A stretch of 64,000 nt of DNA. Origin: Opitutaceae bacterium. GTDB taxonomy: Bacteria > Verrucomicrobiota > Verrucomicrobiia > Opitutales > Coraliomargaritaceae. The notes beneath the pieces are model-generated. The model was not told the DNA's origin, did not search any database, and saw only the letters and a program-made list of their open reading frames with translations. Made by a program: the position numbers and the translations under genes. The number at the start of each line of letters is the position of its first letter. The first letter of the stretch is position 1. This document shows, in pieces, positions 38,646-47,255 of this stretch. The DNA lies in NCBI GenBank assembly GCA_051252375.1, contig JBPOFY010000002.1, positions 192,001 to 256,000 of the forward strand, written 5' to 3'.

Positions 38646-40226
38646 CTATACGCTAAAATCTTTCAACTGAATCAACTCACGGGCGATTTGGCGGTCATCA
38701 AAAGGTGTGACGGATCCGTCAAACTCTTGATAAGTCTCATGGCCTTTGCCGGCAATCAAGACACAGTCGCCAGGTTGCGCAGCATCCAATGCCAGCGAGA
38801 TCGCACGCTTACGATCATTGATAAATACTGCGCGCTCAGATCCCTCAGCTGCCTGCATGTCTTCAAAAATCTGCTCGATCGATTCAGAGCGCGGATTATC
38901 GGAAGTGACAAATACCTGATCGGCCCCCTCCAAAGCAGCTTCCAACATGGGCGCCCGTTTGCTGCGATCACGATCACCACCACAGCCAAATACGACGATC
39001 AATTTGCCCTCAGTGATTTCAGACAACATTCCACAGGCATGCTTGATGGCATCATCCGTATGTGCGTAATCGACTAATACATTGAAAGGCTGACCCGCTA
39101 GCACGGATTCCATGCGACCGGGCACACCGGGAAAGGTTGTTAACTGCAGTAACAGCTCTGAAATCTCATAGCCTTTCGCACGTCCTATCGCGAGTGCCGC
39201 CAAAAGATTACTCACATTGTATCGTCCCAATAGAGGCGAAACAACGGTTGCCTCACCTTCGGGCCACGACAAATCGAATTCGGTGCGGTCGGCATATAAC
39301 TTTACATGACTCGCACGAATCATGGCATTCTCTGCCAGACCAAAAGTAACCACAGGCAAACCACCGGGCAACTCCGAGTGCAACCGCTGACCATAAGGGC
39401 AATCGATATTGATCACACCAGCCTTAGGCACCTTACCGATTTCTCCAGTAAAGAGCCGTTTTTTGACCAAATAATAGGCCTCCATCGATTTGTGATAATC
39501 GATATGGTCACGTGTTAAGTTAAGAAAAACAGCAACATCCACATCCAGACCGTAAACACGATTCTGGTCGATCCCGTGAGAGCTGATTTCCATCACGGCC
39601 TCTTCGCAACCGTTGGTCACCATCTGGCTGAGCAAGGCATAGACATCGACCGACTCCGGTGTGGTTCGGAACGACGGCAAAGTGCGCTTACCCAAATCAT
39701 AGCGAATGGTGCCGAGCAAACCCACTTGATCACTGCCGCCTATTAAGTGCTGCGTGAGCATGGAAACAGTGGTCTTACCGTTCGTCCCAGTGACACCTGC
39801 GACGCGGAGTTTCTCATCCGGGCGCTCATAAAAACTGCGTGAGATGATCGCCAGCGTCTTTCGCACATCCTTCACCTGAATGTAATCGATCGGAAAGAAT
39901 GCGCCCAAGTTTTGCTCGGTGATGATCGCCACTGCGCCACGGTCGACCGCTTCTTCGACGTAGTGATTACCATCCGTGCGCAATCCACCGATCGCAAAAA
40001 ACAAAGCGCCGGGCACAACTCTGCGACTATCCGTGATCAAGCAGGTCACCGTCGGATCGTGGCGCTCTTTACGGCTGACGACGTCGACACCTTCGATGAG
40101 TTGCTTCAACGTAGGATTCATCGACATACGGTTCGTAGTGTTTGCAGAAGAGGCGCGCGAGTAGGATTGGCGTGAGCTGGCAGCGGAAAGTAATGTGCTA
40201 ATTTGAAAGTCGGCTAGTCCGATCAT
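38646..40226 (-). CDS. murE: UDP-MurNAc-dipeptide--diaminopimelate ligase (start uncertain)
   Basis: TGTNGKTT, TTPES, DYAHT, GCGGDRD, DNPR (meso-DAP type), AGKGHE. Confidence 0.95.
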   Translation of the reverse strand: MIGLADFQISTLLSAASSRQSYSRASSANTTNRMSMNPTLKQLIEGVDVVSRKERHDPTVTCLITDSRRVVPGALFFAIGGLRTDGNHYVEEAVDRGAVAIITEQNLGAFFPIDYIQVKDVRKTLAIISRSFYERPDEKLRVAGVTGTNGKTTVSMLTQHLIGGSDQVGLLGTIRYDLGKRTLPSFRTTPESVDVYALLSQMVTNGCEEAVMEISSHGIDQNRVYGLDVDVAVFLNLTRDHIDYHKSMEAYYLVKKRLFTGEIGKVPKAGVINIDCPYGQRLHSELPGGLPVVTFGLAENAMIRASHVKLYADRTEFDLSWPEGEATVVSPLLGRYNVSNLLAALAIGRAKGYEISELLLQLTTFPGVPGRMESVLAGQPFNVLVDYAHTDDAIKHACGMLSEITEGKLIVVFGCGGDRDRSKRAPMLEAALEGADQVFVTSDNPRSESIEQIFEDMQAAEGSERAVFINDRKRAISLALDAAQPGDCVLIAGKGHETYQEFDGSVTPFDDRQIARELIQLKDFSV

Positions 40227-42012
40227 AAATAGAGTTTTCTAAAGCGAGGAAGGAGGCATCCCTTTTCGATGAACGAATGCCCAAATATGCGATACAAGCT
40301 TCCGCAATATTGCGGAAGGCTGGCGCGGAAACGGAACCCCCATAACCGACACCATTAAACTTCGGTTCATCCACCACGACGGTGATGACCAAGGCCGGGT
40401 TATCAGCTGGGAAGAATCCACTAAAAGATGCGACGTGATGTTGGCGGGAATATTGCCCATTCACGATTTTTTGCGTGGTGCCTGTCTTACCGGCTACCAT
40501 GTAGTTTTCGATCGCGGCTTTACGCGCAGTGCCTTCGGTGCCGACAACGTCTGCCAACATCTGGCACATCGTCTCAGCCACCTCAGTTGAAATCACACGA
40601 CGCTTCGCCTTCGGGCTGAAACGGATGACATCGTTACCGTAGGCATCAAACACACGCTTGGTGAGTAAAGGCTCCATCAACACACCCTTATTCGCGATCA
40701 CCGACATCGCACTGTGCACTTGCATCGGCGTAGCGCTCACTGCGTGCCCCATCGGTAAACGTGTGATCGTAAGGCCATCCCAGTTCTTCACTTGATGGAG
40801 TGTGCCGGAAACTTCACCGCCTAGGTCGCAACCTGTCGTTTCACCAAACCCAAAAGCAGCGGAATAATTATATAGGCGATCCTCCCCCAACATCATACCA
40901 AGATGCGCCGCACCGCGATTGCTTGATTTCACCACGATGTCATGCATCGAGAGTTCATCATACACGTGGTGATCACCTGGCAGCTTCAAGGTGCGGCCTC
41001 TATAGCTCACCTTTGAAACACCAGTTTGGAACATGTCTCCAGGACGAACAATCCCCTCGTTCAATGCTCCAGCAGCCGAAACGATCTTAAAGGTAGAACC
41101 AGGCTCGAACACATCGGTAAGTGCGCGATTACGCTGCCACTTGATCGGATATTTTTTAGTGTTATAAAATTCGTTCGGATCGTAGGTCGGATAATTTGCC
41201 ATCGCGAGCACCGCTCCAGTGGATGGCTCACTCACGATAATACTGATACCATTAGGATTATATTGCTCTGCGACTTTACGGATTTCCGCTTCAACAATAT
41301 GTTGCACCATCTGATCGATGCTGAGCTGCACGCTCAGACCATCGGTGGGATCGACTTGTCGTTCACGAAATTCTGCAAGTTCACGACGTTTGCCATCGCG
41401 CTCGGTTTCGCGCCACCCGTCTTGACCGCGCAAGTAGTAATCAAAGAAACGCTCGATGCCAGTAACAGGTGTTTCCTCCTTATTGACATAGCCCAACACA
41501 TGGGCAGCTAACTGACCGGAAGGATACGCACGGGTGAAGTTGCTATTTCCATACACACCCTTGATGCCCAAGCCCTTGACCAAATCGTGTGTCGCTTCGT
41601 CAACACCCTTGGCGAGGGCTGCCCAACGAATCAAACGCACTTCTTTCGAATGCTCCCCACCCTTGCGAGTCTTGGTATCAATCGCAGTTTCGATATCGAC
41701 CAATGGCTGTCCGAGTAGTTTTGCCAACTCCTCTATTTTCACACGGTCCTCTTCACGAAATGACTGCGGATCGACGCCGATATCATATGCCGTGCGCGTC
41801 GTCGCGAGTAAGTTGCCACGTGAATCCACAATACTGCCACGGCGTGCTTCGACCACGTTGACCATCTTTCGATTGGTCATGACATGCTCCATCAACGCCT
41901 CCTGCTCCCACACGTGCAAGTAGAACAAACGCCCAAGCAACACGCAGAACGCAAATGCTACGGCGCACGACACTAGCGACGCACGATAACTGGAGACGAA
42001 GGCTTTACTCAT
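40198..42012 (-). CDS. ftsI: Class B penicillin-binding protein FtsI/PBP3
   Basis: RGSIVD, EPGSTFK (SxxK), SSN, KTGT. Confidence 0.92.
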   Translation of the reverse strand: MSKAFVSSYRASLVSCAVAFAFCVLLGRLFYLHVWEQEALMEHVMTNRKMVNVVEARRGSIVDSRGNLLATTRTAYDIGVDPQSFREEDRVKIEELAKLLGQPLVDIETAIDTKTRKGGEHSKEVRLIRWAALAKGVDEATHDLVKGLGIKGVYGNSNFTRAYPSGQLAAHVLGYVNKEETPVTGIERFFDYYLRGQDGWRETERDGKRRELAEFRERQVDPTDGLSVQLSIDQMVQHIVEAEIRKVAEQYNPNGISIIVSEPSTGAVLAMANYPTYDPNEFYNTKKYPIKWQRNRALTDVFEPGSTFKIVSAAGALNEGIVRPGDMFQTGVSKVSYRGRTLKLPGDHHVYDELSMHDIVVKSSNRGAAHLGMMLGEDRLYNYSAAFGFGETTGCDLGGEVSGTLHQVKNWDGLTITRLPMGHAVSATPMQVHSAMSVIANKGVLMEPLLTKRVFDAYGNDVIRFSPKAKRRVISTEVAETMCQMLADVVGTEGTARKAAIENYMVAGKTGTTQKIVNGQYSRQHHVASFSGFFPADNPALVITVVVDEPKFNGVGYGGSVSAPAFRNIAEACIAYLGIRSSKRDASFLALENSIYDRTSRLSN

Positions 42013-42021
42013 TCAAAATTG

Positions 42022-42243
42022 TTAGGCTACTTGATTTTTCTTAGTATTTTTATAACGGGAAGCTAATAGTCGAAGCGTGCGATCTGACGGACGCAGCGGC
42101 TCTGCAGAAGGTGGCCAAGCACAGGACGAAGGTTCTGCTTCGAGTGCGGCATGCTCCACCACACGCGCGATTCCCCCACTCACCCCGAGATCGAGCGTGT
42201 CTTTGTGTTGTCGACAACGAAAATAGCTAGATGTGATGTGCAT
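42022..42243 (-). CDS. Possible small hypothetical protein between ftsL and ftsI
   Basis: 73-aa ORF fills the spacer co-directionally (21 bp after ftsL stop, 9 bp before ftsI). Confidence 0.4.
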   Translation of the reverse strand: MHITSSYFRCRQHKDTLDLGVSGGIARVVEHAALEAEPSSCAWPPSAEPLRPSDRTLRLLASRYKNTKKNQVA

Positions 42244-42264
42244 GGCAGTCGGGGGTTAATAGAA

Positions 42265-42642
42265 TTATCGAGAGGTATTGATATCGAGCAGCGCCAAGTC
42301 CATGGACACTTCGTATGGAGCAGAGAGCGCATACGCACGACCAGTCGCTACGTTTTGCTCATTCACCCATACGATTTGATCATCCATCGAAGGACGTAAA
42401 ACTCCGGCCACTTTACCTTGCAGCACTACAGGCTGATGCATGGTCGCAATGCGCTCATCGAGGTAGCGTAGCTTGCGAACTGTCTCTGCAAGCATTGCCT
42501 CATTCTCTTTACTGTTTTGCGCAGTGCGCGAGATTTGCTGCTGCATCCATACAATCGCGAAAGCGCTGATCACCGTGATGGCGATCATCGAAACAACGAG
42601 TAGATAGATACGTTGGCGGCCCTGAGAGGATATTGAGTTCAT
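42265..42642 (-). CDS. ftsL: FtsL-like cell division protein
   Basis: Short N-tail, one TM, coiled coil; lies between rsmH and ftsI. Confidence 0.6.
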   Translation of the reverse strand: MNSISSQGRQRIYLLVVSMIAITVISAFAIVWMQQQISRTAQNSKENEAMLAETVRKLRYLDERIATMHQPVVLQGKVAGVLRPSMDDQIVWVNEQNVATGRAYALSAPYEVSMDLALLDINTSR

Positions 42643-42658
42643 AGTAGTCAGTGGTTTG

Positions 42659-43615
42659 TTAAAGTTTGCGGATCGCTCGGAGACGGGAGCTGCGGCTGCG
42701 GGGATTGGTTTTTATTTCTTCTTCGGTCGGCGCGATTGGGCGGGTCGAAATCATTTTGGCGGACTCTACGCGCTCGTCTTGTGTGCGATAGTCGCCGGAG
42801 TGCTCCGGGCGTCCCGCCATCTTGCGGCAAAAGCGTTTAACGATACGGTCTTCTAGGGAATGAAAGCTGATCGCAGCCAAGACCCCTCCGGGTAAGAGGC
42901 GATCGAACGCAGCCGGTAGGCCACGCTCGATCGCGCTCAACTCATCGTTAACCTCAACCCTAATACCCTGAAATGTGCGTGTCGCCGGATGCACGGCTTT
43001 GCGGCCACGTGGTGTCGGTCCCACTGCTTCGCTGACCAATGCCGCCAATGAATGTGTGCGCTGTAGTTGCCCAGTTCCGCGAGCCTTCACAATCGACTCG
43101 ACCACTCGGCGCCAGCGTTTCTCTTCGCCATAATTGCGAACGGCGCGAATTAAAGATTCCTCATCCGCGGTTTCTAAAAAATCGGCGGCACTGATACCAG
43201 TGTCTGGATTCATCCGCATGTCTGTGGGTGCATCTGTGCGAAAGGAAAAGCCACGCTCTGCAGTATCGAGCTGAAAAGAAGAAAGACCGAAATCAAACAA
43301 GATGCCATCAAAGCCAGTCTCATCCAAATCCGCGAGATCACCAAAGTTGATCTGATGAATACGGAAACGATCACCAAACTCAGCCTTCAATACCTTTGAG
43401 CGTTCGATCGCTGCAGGGTCGCGATCCAGTGCCACGACCGTCACGCCATCAGCCGCTTCGAGCATCGCTCGGGTGTGACCACCTCCACCAAATGTGCCAT
43501 CGAGTAACTTCACACCTGCACGCGGAGCCATCAATTCCAGTGTCTCGGCGAGCAAGACTGGAACGTGGCCACTTGAAGCAGCAGGATTTAAAGTATCATC
43601 GATCGAAGATAACAT
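42659..43615 (-). CDS. rsmH: 16S rRNA m4C1402 methyltransferase
   Basis: HVPVL, DGTFGGGGH, RGFSF, HPATRTFQ, SFHSLEDRIVK, NPRSRS; start reassigned to ATG 43615. Confidence 0.93.
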   Translation of the reverse strand: MLSSIDDTLNPAASSGHVPVLLAETLELMAPRAGVKLLDGTFGGGGHTRAMLEAADGVTVVALDRDPAAIERSKVLKAEFGDRFRIHQINFGDLADLDETGFDGILFDFGLSSFQLDTAERGFSFRTDAPTDMRMNPDTGISAADFLETADEESLIRAVRNYGEEKRWRRVVESIVKARGTGQLQRTHSLAALVSEAVGPTPRGRKAVHPATRTFQGIRVEVNDELSAIERGLPAAFDRLLPGGVLAAISFHSLEDRIVKRFCRKMAGRPEHSGDYRTQDERVESAKMISTRPIAPTEEEIKTNPRSRSSRLRAIRKL

Positions 43616-43829
43616 TGAGGCAGTTCTGTATAAAAGTAGGTTTGCGGTTTTGCCGGTGCAGCGCTTGCTCACGGCGCTGTAACGCGCTGCGAACTGAATC
43701 GGTGGAGTAGGAAGGGCTGCGTGGCGGTGAGAGAAAGGTCCAAGATGTGCGTCGCTCACGGCTAGGATGCGTGAGGTAACCGGATGTGCGGAAATTTTCG
43801 CGGGCGATTTTATCAAGAACTCTGGACAT
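43596..43829 (-). CDS. Possible small basic protein between mraZ and rsmH
   Basis: 77-aa ATG ORF 18 bp after the mraZ stop, overlapping the rsmH start by 20 bp. Confidence 0.45.
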   Translation of the reverse strand: MSRVLDKIARENFRTSGYLTHPSRERRTSWTFLSPPRSPSYSTDSVRSALQRREQALHRQNRKPTFIQNCLNVIFDR

Positions 43830-43847
43830 AATGATCAGTGGTTATTG

Positions 43848-44309
43848 TTAGAGGCCAAAGCGCTTGAAGACGGCAGCTTGTGCGGCTGGATCAACCGGTG
43901 CCTGCGCTTCAATCGCGTTATAGATTTCTTCACTATAGATACTGAAAGTAGAAAGCTTCCCCAGGAGCACTGCCCCCTTCTCAACCTTCGCATGCTTGAT
44001 CAACTTATCGTTCAAGTTGATGCGACCCTGCTTATCACAGGCAAAGCTGTGCGCCATCGACATGAGATCCTCGATCGCCTTCTGGCCTTCCACATCACCC
44101 AAACTGATTTGCGAAATACGCTCTTCCAACTGAGCGATCATCTTGGGCGGATAAACCGTCACATAACCACTGGGATTCGGAAGTGCCAAAAATGAGTTAT
44201 CCGCCGAATTCACCTCCGGGCGCCACTGCGACGGGATCGTCAGACGACCTTTGTCGTCCAAATTGTGGTGGTGAGTCCCCACAAATAATCCTGTTTTGAG
44301 TAGTGCCAT
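43848..44309 (-). CDS. mraZ: Transcriptional regulator MraZ
   Basis: [10 protein letters not shown] and DKQGRI repeats; first gene of dcw. Confidence 0.93.
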   Translation of the reverse strand: MALLKTGLFVGTHHHNLDDKGRLTIPSQWRPEVNSADNSFLALPNPSGYVTVYPPKMIAQLEERISQISLGDVEGQKAIEDLMSMAHSFACDKQGRINLNDKLIKHAKVEKGAVLLGKLSTFSIYSEEIYNAIEAQAPVDPAAQAAVFKRFGL

Positions 44310-44323
44310 ACGAAGTCAGTTTA

Positions 44324-44359
44324 AACCATTTTGCACCATATCGCCCCATTTCACTCCAC
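44324..44359 (-). promoter_or_regulatory. MraZ-binding repeats overlapping the dcw promoter
   Basis: Minus strand GTGGAGTGAA-ATGGGGCGAT-ATGGTGCAAA-ATGG, 10-bp period, right after TTGACG (44361-44366). Confidence 0.75.
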
Positions 44360-44388
44360 CCGTCAAGGATAAATAAGCACATAATCTT

Positions 44389-44454
44389 TGTGAAAAACTT
44401 GTGGATAAGCGGTTTAAGTAACTTTTTGTTAGCTACTTGAGTGGGTTATTCACA
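44389..44454. promoter_or_regulatory. Three DnaA-box consensus matches
   Basis: TGTGAAAAA 44389, TGTGGATAA 44400, TTATTCACA 44446 (TTWTNCACA). Confidence 0.55.
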
Positions 44455-44670
44455 GCCCGACAAACCACGAATTAAATCCAAGATCCGCCCCCACTTCGCC
44501 CCATTCGCTCGAAAAATCGTGCGAAAATCGATTTTGCCCACGAAAAAGTCGCCTATAGCACCGTGAGACAGGCATTCCTGTCTGTCATTCCCCAATAGAG
44601 GTAGCGGCGGTCGCGGTGTCTCGGCATAGCCATCGGCGACGACGGATCTCGTCTGCCCTGAGTTGAAGAA

Positions 44671-46026
44671 CTACAGATCCAGTGGACTGACCATTTCCTT
44701 CTTAGTCCGGCTCTTTACCGTGTGGGTGTAGATCATCGTCGTCTTGATGTCCGAGTGTCCGAGCAACTCTTGGATCGAACGGAGGTCAACATTAGCAGCA
44801 AGCAGGTGGCTAGCGAAACTGTGTCGGAAAGTGTGTGCAGTTACCCGTTTAGTCACTTTAGCCTTTTTAGCTGCATTACGAATTTGTTGCCCCAGTAGCT
44901 GCTTGTAATTATGGTAGCGACGGTAGCAACCTTCATCAGGAATCAAAGTCAGCTCCTTCGCAGGAAAAACCCACTGCCATCTAAACTCCTTGGACTCACT
45001 TTGTGCGCGGCGTTTACTGAGTGAATCAGGCATGAAGACGCCCTCAAAATCAGGTGTCTTCAAATCGCGCTCTAACTGTTTGGACACGCGGGCAACCTGC
45101 CGCTTTAAGTCCTTTTTTAGTTTTTGCGGCATAGGCACCGACCGATCCTTTTTTCCTTTGCCGTCGTGGACGATTACCAGGTCTTCCTCAAAATCTAGAT
45201 CGCCAACTCGAAGGCTCAAGCACTCCGAAAGTCTCAACCCACAGCCATAGAGCATCGAGACGATTAAATCAAAGGGGTAATCTAGTATACCGAGAATTGC
45301 GTCGACTTCAGGCCGCGTCAGCACGGTAGGAATGTATTTACTGGTCTTAGCCCTAACTACACGGTCACCAAGCTCGTATTCGCGCTTGAGGATATGACGG
45401 AAAAGAAAAAGCAAGGCGTTAAAAGCCTGATTCTGTGTTGAAGCCACTACATTATTTTTCACGGCAAGATCCGTCAGGAAATCCTTAGCCACCTCATCGG
45501 TTATCTTTGTAATTGGCATGTGATCGGCGTATTCCCCGAATCGCTTTACCCACATCACATAGGTGCTCAGCGTTTTCTTTGAGTAATTTCGCCGAGTGAT
45601 CTCACCCTCCACTGCCCGGACTGTTGCGGTCCAATCGCCGTTCATAGTGGCATTCTTTGGTTCTGGTGACGATTTCCGTGGAACCTGGACAACTTTCGCC
45701 GTCACCTGGGACTTTACAGGAGTATGAATTGTAGTTTTCGGAGCCGCGCTATTAGCTTCTGCAGATTCCGGCTGACTCAGTTCTAGGTAGATGGCAACGG
45801 CCTTGCGCGCCTGAGCGCACAGACCTTCCGATTGCCCTTTGCTAGATAGCTTCGCGATGAATGCGTTTATTAGATCCTGACCCTGTCGCCCCGCTCCATG
45901 CTTTGACTCAAAATCCAGAAAATACCGAACCCACTTCACATAATGATGCTTTTGATGCGCCGGAATACTCAAAGAGTCCAAGCGTGAATGATACTGCTTA
46001 AAGTCATCAATTGGTAGTTTATTCAT
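44671..46026 (-). CDS. intI: Integron integrase (long form, 451 aa)
   Basis: ASTQNQAFNALLFL, GLRLSE, GKGKKDR, IntI-specific insert (GVFMPDSL...WQWVFP...RRYH), HTFRHSFA, LGH, MIYTH; divergent from the cassette array. Confidence 0.95.
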   Translation of the reverse strand: MNKLPIDDFKQYHSRLDSLSIPAHQKHHYVKWVRYFLDFESKHGAGRQGQDLINAFIAKLSSKGQSEGLCAQARKAVAIYLELSQPESAEANSAAPKTTIHTPVKSQVTAKVVQVPRKSSPEPKNATMNGDWTATVRAVEGEITRRNYSKKTLSTYVMWVKRFGEYADHMPITKITDEVAKDFLTDLAVKNNVVASTQNQAFNALLFLFRHILKREYELGDRVVRAKTSKYIPTVLTRPEVDAILGILDYPFDLIVSMLYGCGLRLSECLSLRVGDLDFEEDLVIVHDGKGKKDRSVPMPQKLKKDLKRQVARVSKQLERDLKTPDFEGVFMPDSLSKRRAQSESKEFRWQWVFPAKELTLIPDEGCYRRYHNYKQLLGQQIRNAAKKAKVTKRVTAHTFRHSFASHLLAANVDLRSIQELLGHSDIKTTMIYTHTVKSRTKKEMVSPLDL

Positions 46027-46103
46027 AATATCTCAAAATTACATATCACCCCAAATGGAATGATATGTAATTAGGGAAACCCCGTTGTCTATCCTAAAAG
46101 CGT

Positions 46104-46132
46104 TTGACAATGCAAAGTTTTGGAAGAATATC
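46104..46132 (+). promoter_or_regulatory. Candidate cassette promoter Pc
   Basis: Perfect TTGACA at 46104; only a weak -10 (GAATAT/AATATC) 16-17 bp downstream. Confidence 0.4.
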
Positions 46133-46159
46133 TCAAAATTACATAATAACTTGTTGGGC
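46127..46159 (+). mobile_element. attI site
   Basis: ACATAAT-AACTT-GTTGGGC; core GTTGGGC complements R'' GCCCAAC of attC1. Confidence 0.8.
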
Positions 46160-46166
46160 AGAAGAA

Positions 46167-46634
46167 ATGGAAATTAAAAACACAGATCTCAAAAGCTTGC
46201 TAGGCGGGTTTGGCACACAAGCTGAGAGCCAAGTCAACGTAAGTGAACTAGAGAAAGAACTGAAAGTGCAATTTCCACAGGCCTACAAAGAAATCCTAAT
46301 CTTCGGAGAGGAACTACACTTAGGCCCCATAGAAGGAAGGAAAACGAAGGGCATACACGTCAACTTCCATGCGATCTCCACTCCACACTTTGAACATGTG
46401 AGCCAAACTGTGAGGGAAGCTTACGAAGAGCTTCTTGACGACAACTCAAACTGGGACAGAATCATACCTATTGCAGATACAGGTTGCGGTGATCAGCTTT
46501 GCTTAGACTACCGAAACTCCATGAACCCTTTAGTCTTACTTTACCACATCGACATGATTTCTGAAGAGAATCCGTTCACCATTGAAGCGGAATCGATGGA
46601 TGACCTTGTATCGAGAGCATCAACACCAAACTAA
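46167..46634 (+). CDS. Cassette 1: SMI1/KNR4 (SUKH) family immunity-like protein
   Basis: LEKELKVQFPQAYKE, IPIADTGCGDQLCLDYR; start reassigned to the ATG after attI. Confidence 0.8.
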   Translation: MEIKNTDLKSLLGGFGTQAESQVNVSELEKELKVQFPQAYKEILIFGEELHLGPIEGRKTKGIHVNFHAISTPHFEHVSQTVREAYEELLDDNSNWDRIIPIADTGCGDQLCLDYRNSMNPLVLLYHIDMISEENPFTIEAESMDDLVSRASTPN

Positions 46635-46707
46635 GCCCAACCAGACGGAGCTATCAACTCCGTTCGCTCGTCCCTCACTCACTACTTGATAGTCCTCCAC
46701 GTTGGGT
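46635..46707 (+). mobile_element. attC1
   Basis: GCCCAAC-CAGACGGAGCTATCAA...TTGATAGTCCTCCAC-GTTGGGT. Confidence 0.92.
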
Positions 46708-46714
46708 AAAAAAA

Positions 46715-47164
46715 ATGAAATCCATCTACACATTGATCTCGATTACAATCCTCACACTGCTTTCGGGATGCTTAGATTTCGGTGACGACATTGAATTAAA
46801 GAATGGTCAGATTAATCAATCTAATCTTGATCAAATAACCCAAATCACAGGGATCATATTTCCAGCGGGAACAAGAGGGGGAAACTACTTCTACTACGGC
46901 TCGGGAGTCGACGATGCGCTATGGCTCAAGGCATCTATTCCCAAAGAAAAGAAAGCTGAATTCCTGAAGAATGAAATCTTCACACACCCAGATGAAAAGC
47001 TCAACTACAGCATGAAATTAGATCGCGACTGGTGGCAGATAAAAAACCTTAATGCCCCATCACACTATTCAACAGAAATAAACCAGAATACAGACTTTCT
47101 AGGTTGCAGCATTGGAACCGAATCTGAAGAAGTGACCATCTATCTACACTGGTTTAGCACATAA
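46715..47164 (+). CDS. Cassette 2: hypothetical lipoprotein
   Basis: Lipobox LSGC; bounded by GTTGGGT/ACCCAAC. Confidence 0.8.
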   Translation: MKSIYTLISITILTLLSGCLDFGDDIELKNGQINQSNLDQITQITGIIFPAGTRGGNYFYYGSGVDDALWLKASIPKEKKAEFLKNEIFTHPDEKLNYSMKLDRDWWQIKNLNAPSHYSTEINQNTDFLGCSIGTESEEVTIYLHWFST

Positions 47165-47174
47165 AAAACAGATG

Positions 47175-47242
47175 ACCCAACCAGTCGGCATATGACAATA
47201 GATTTCGCTGGCGCTCATCTATGCATAGCCTCTACGTTAGCA
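47175..47242 (+). mobile_element. attC2
   Basis: ACCCAAC-CAGTCGGCATATGACAATAGAT...ATCTATGCATAGCCTCTAC-GTTAGCA. Confidence 0.9.
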
Positions 47243-47255
47243 TTAAAATAAATAC

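Noticed and set aside
43616..43816. 67-residue N-terminal extension of RsmH
   Set aside because: Not RsmH-like; an ATG at 43615 gives a normal length. The interval is treated separately as a possible small ORF.
44389..44454. Replication origin
   Set aside because: Only three DnaA boxes, no evident unwinding element and no dnaA/dnaN context.
46104..46166. Upstream TTG start for cassette 1 (and TTG 51013 for cassette 8)
   Set aside because: These extensions cross attI/attC7; cassette genes start at the first ATG after the core site.
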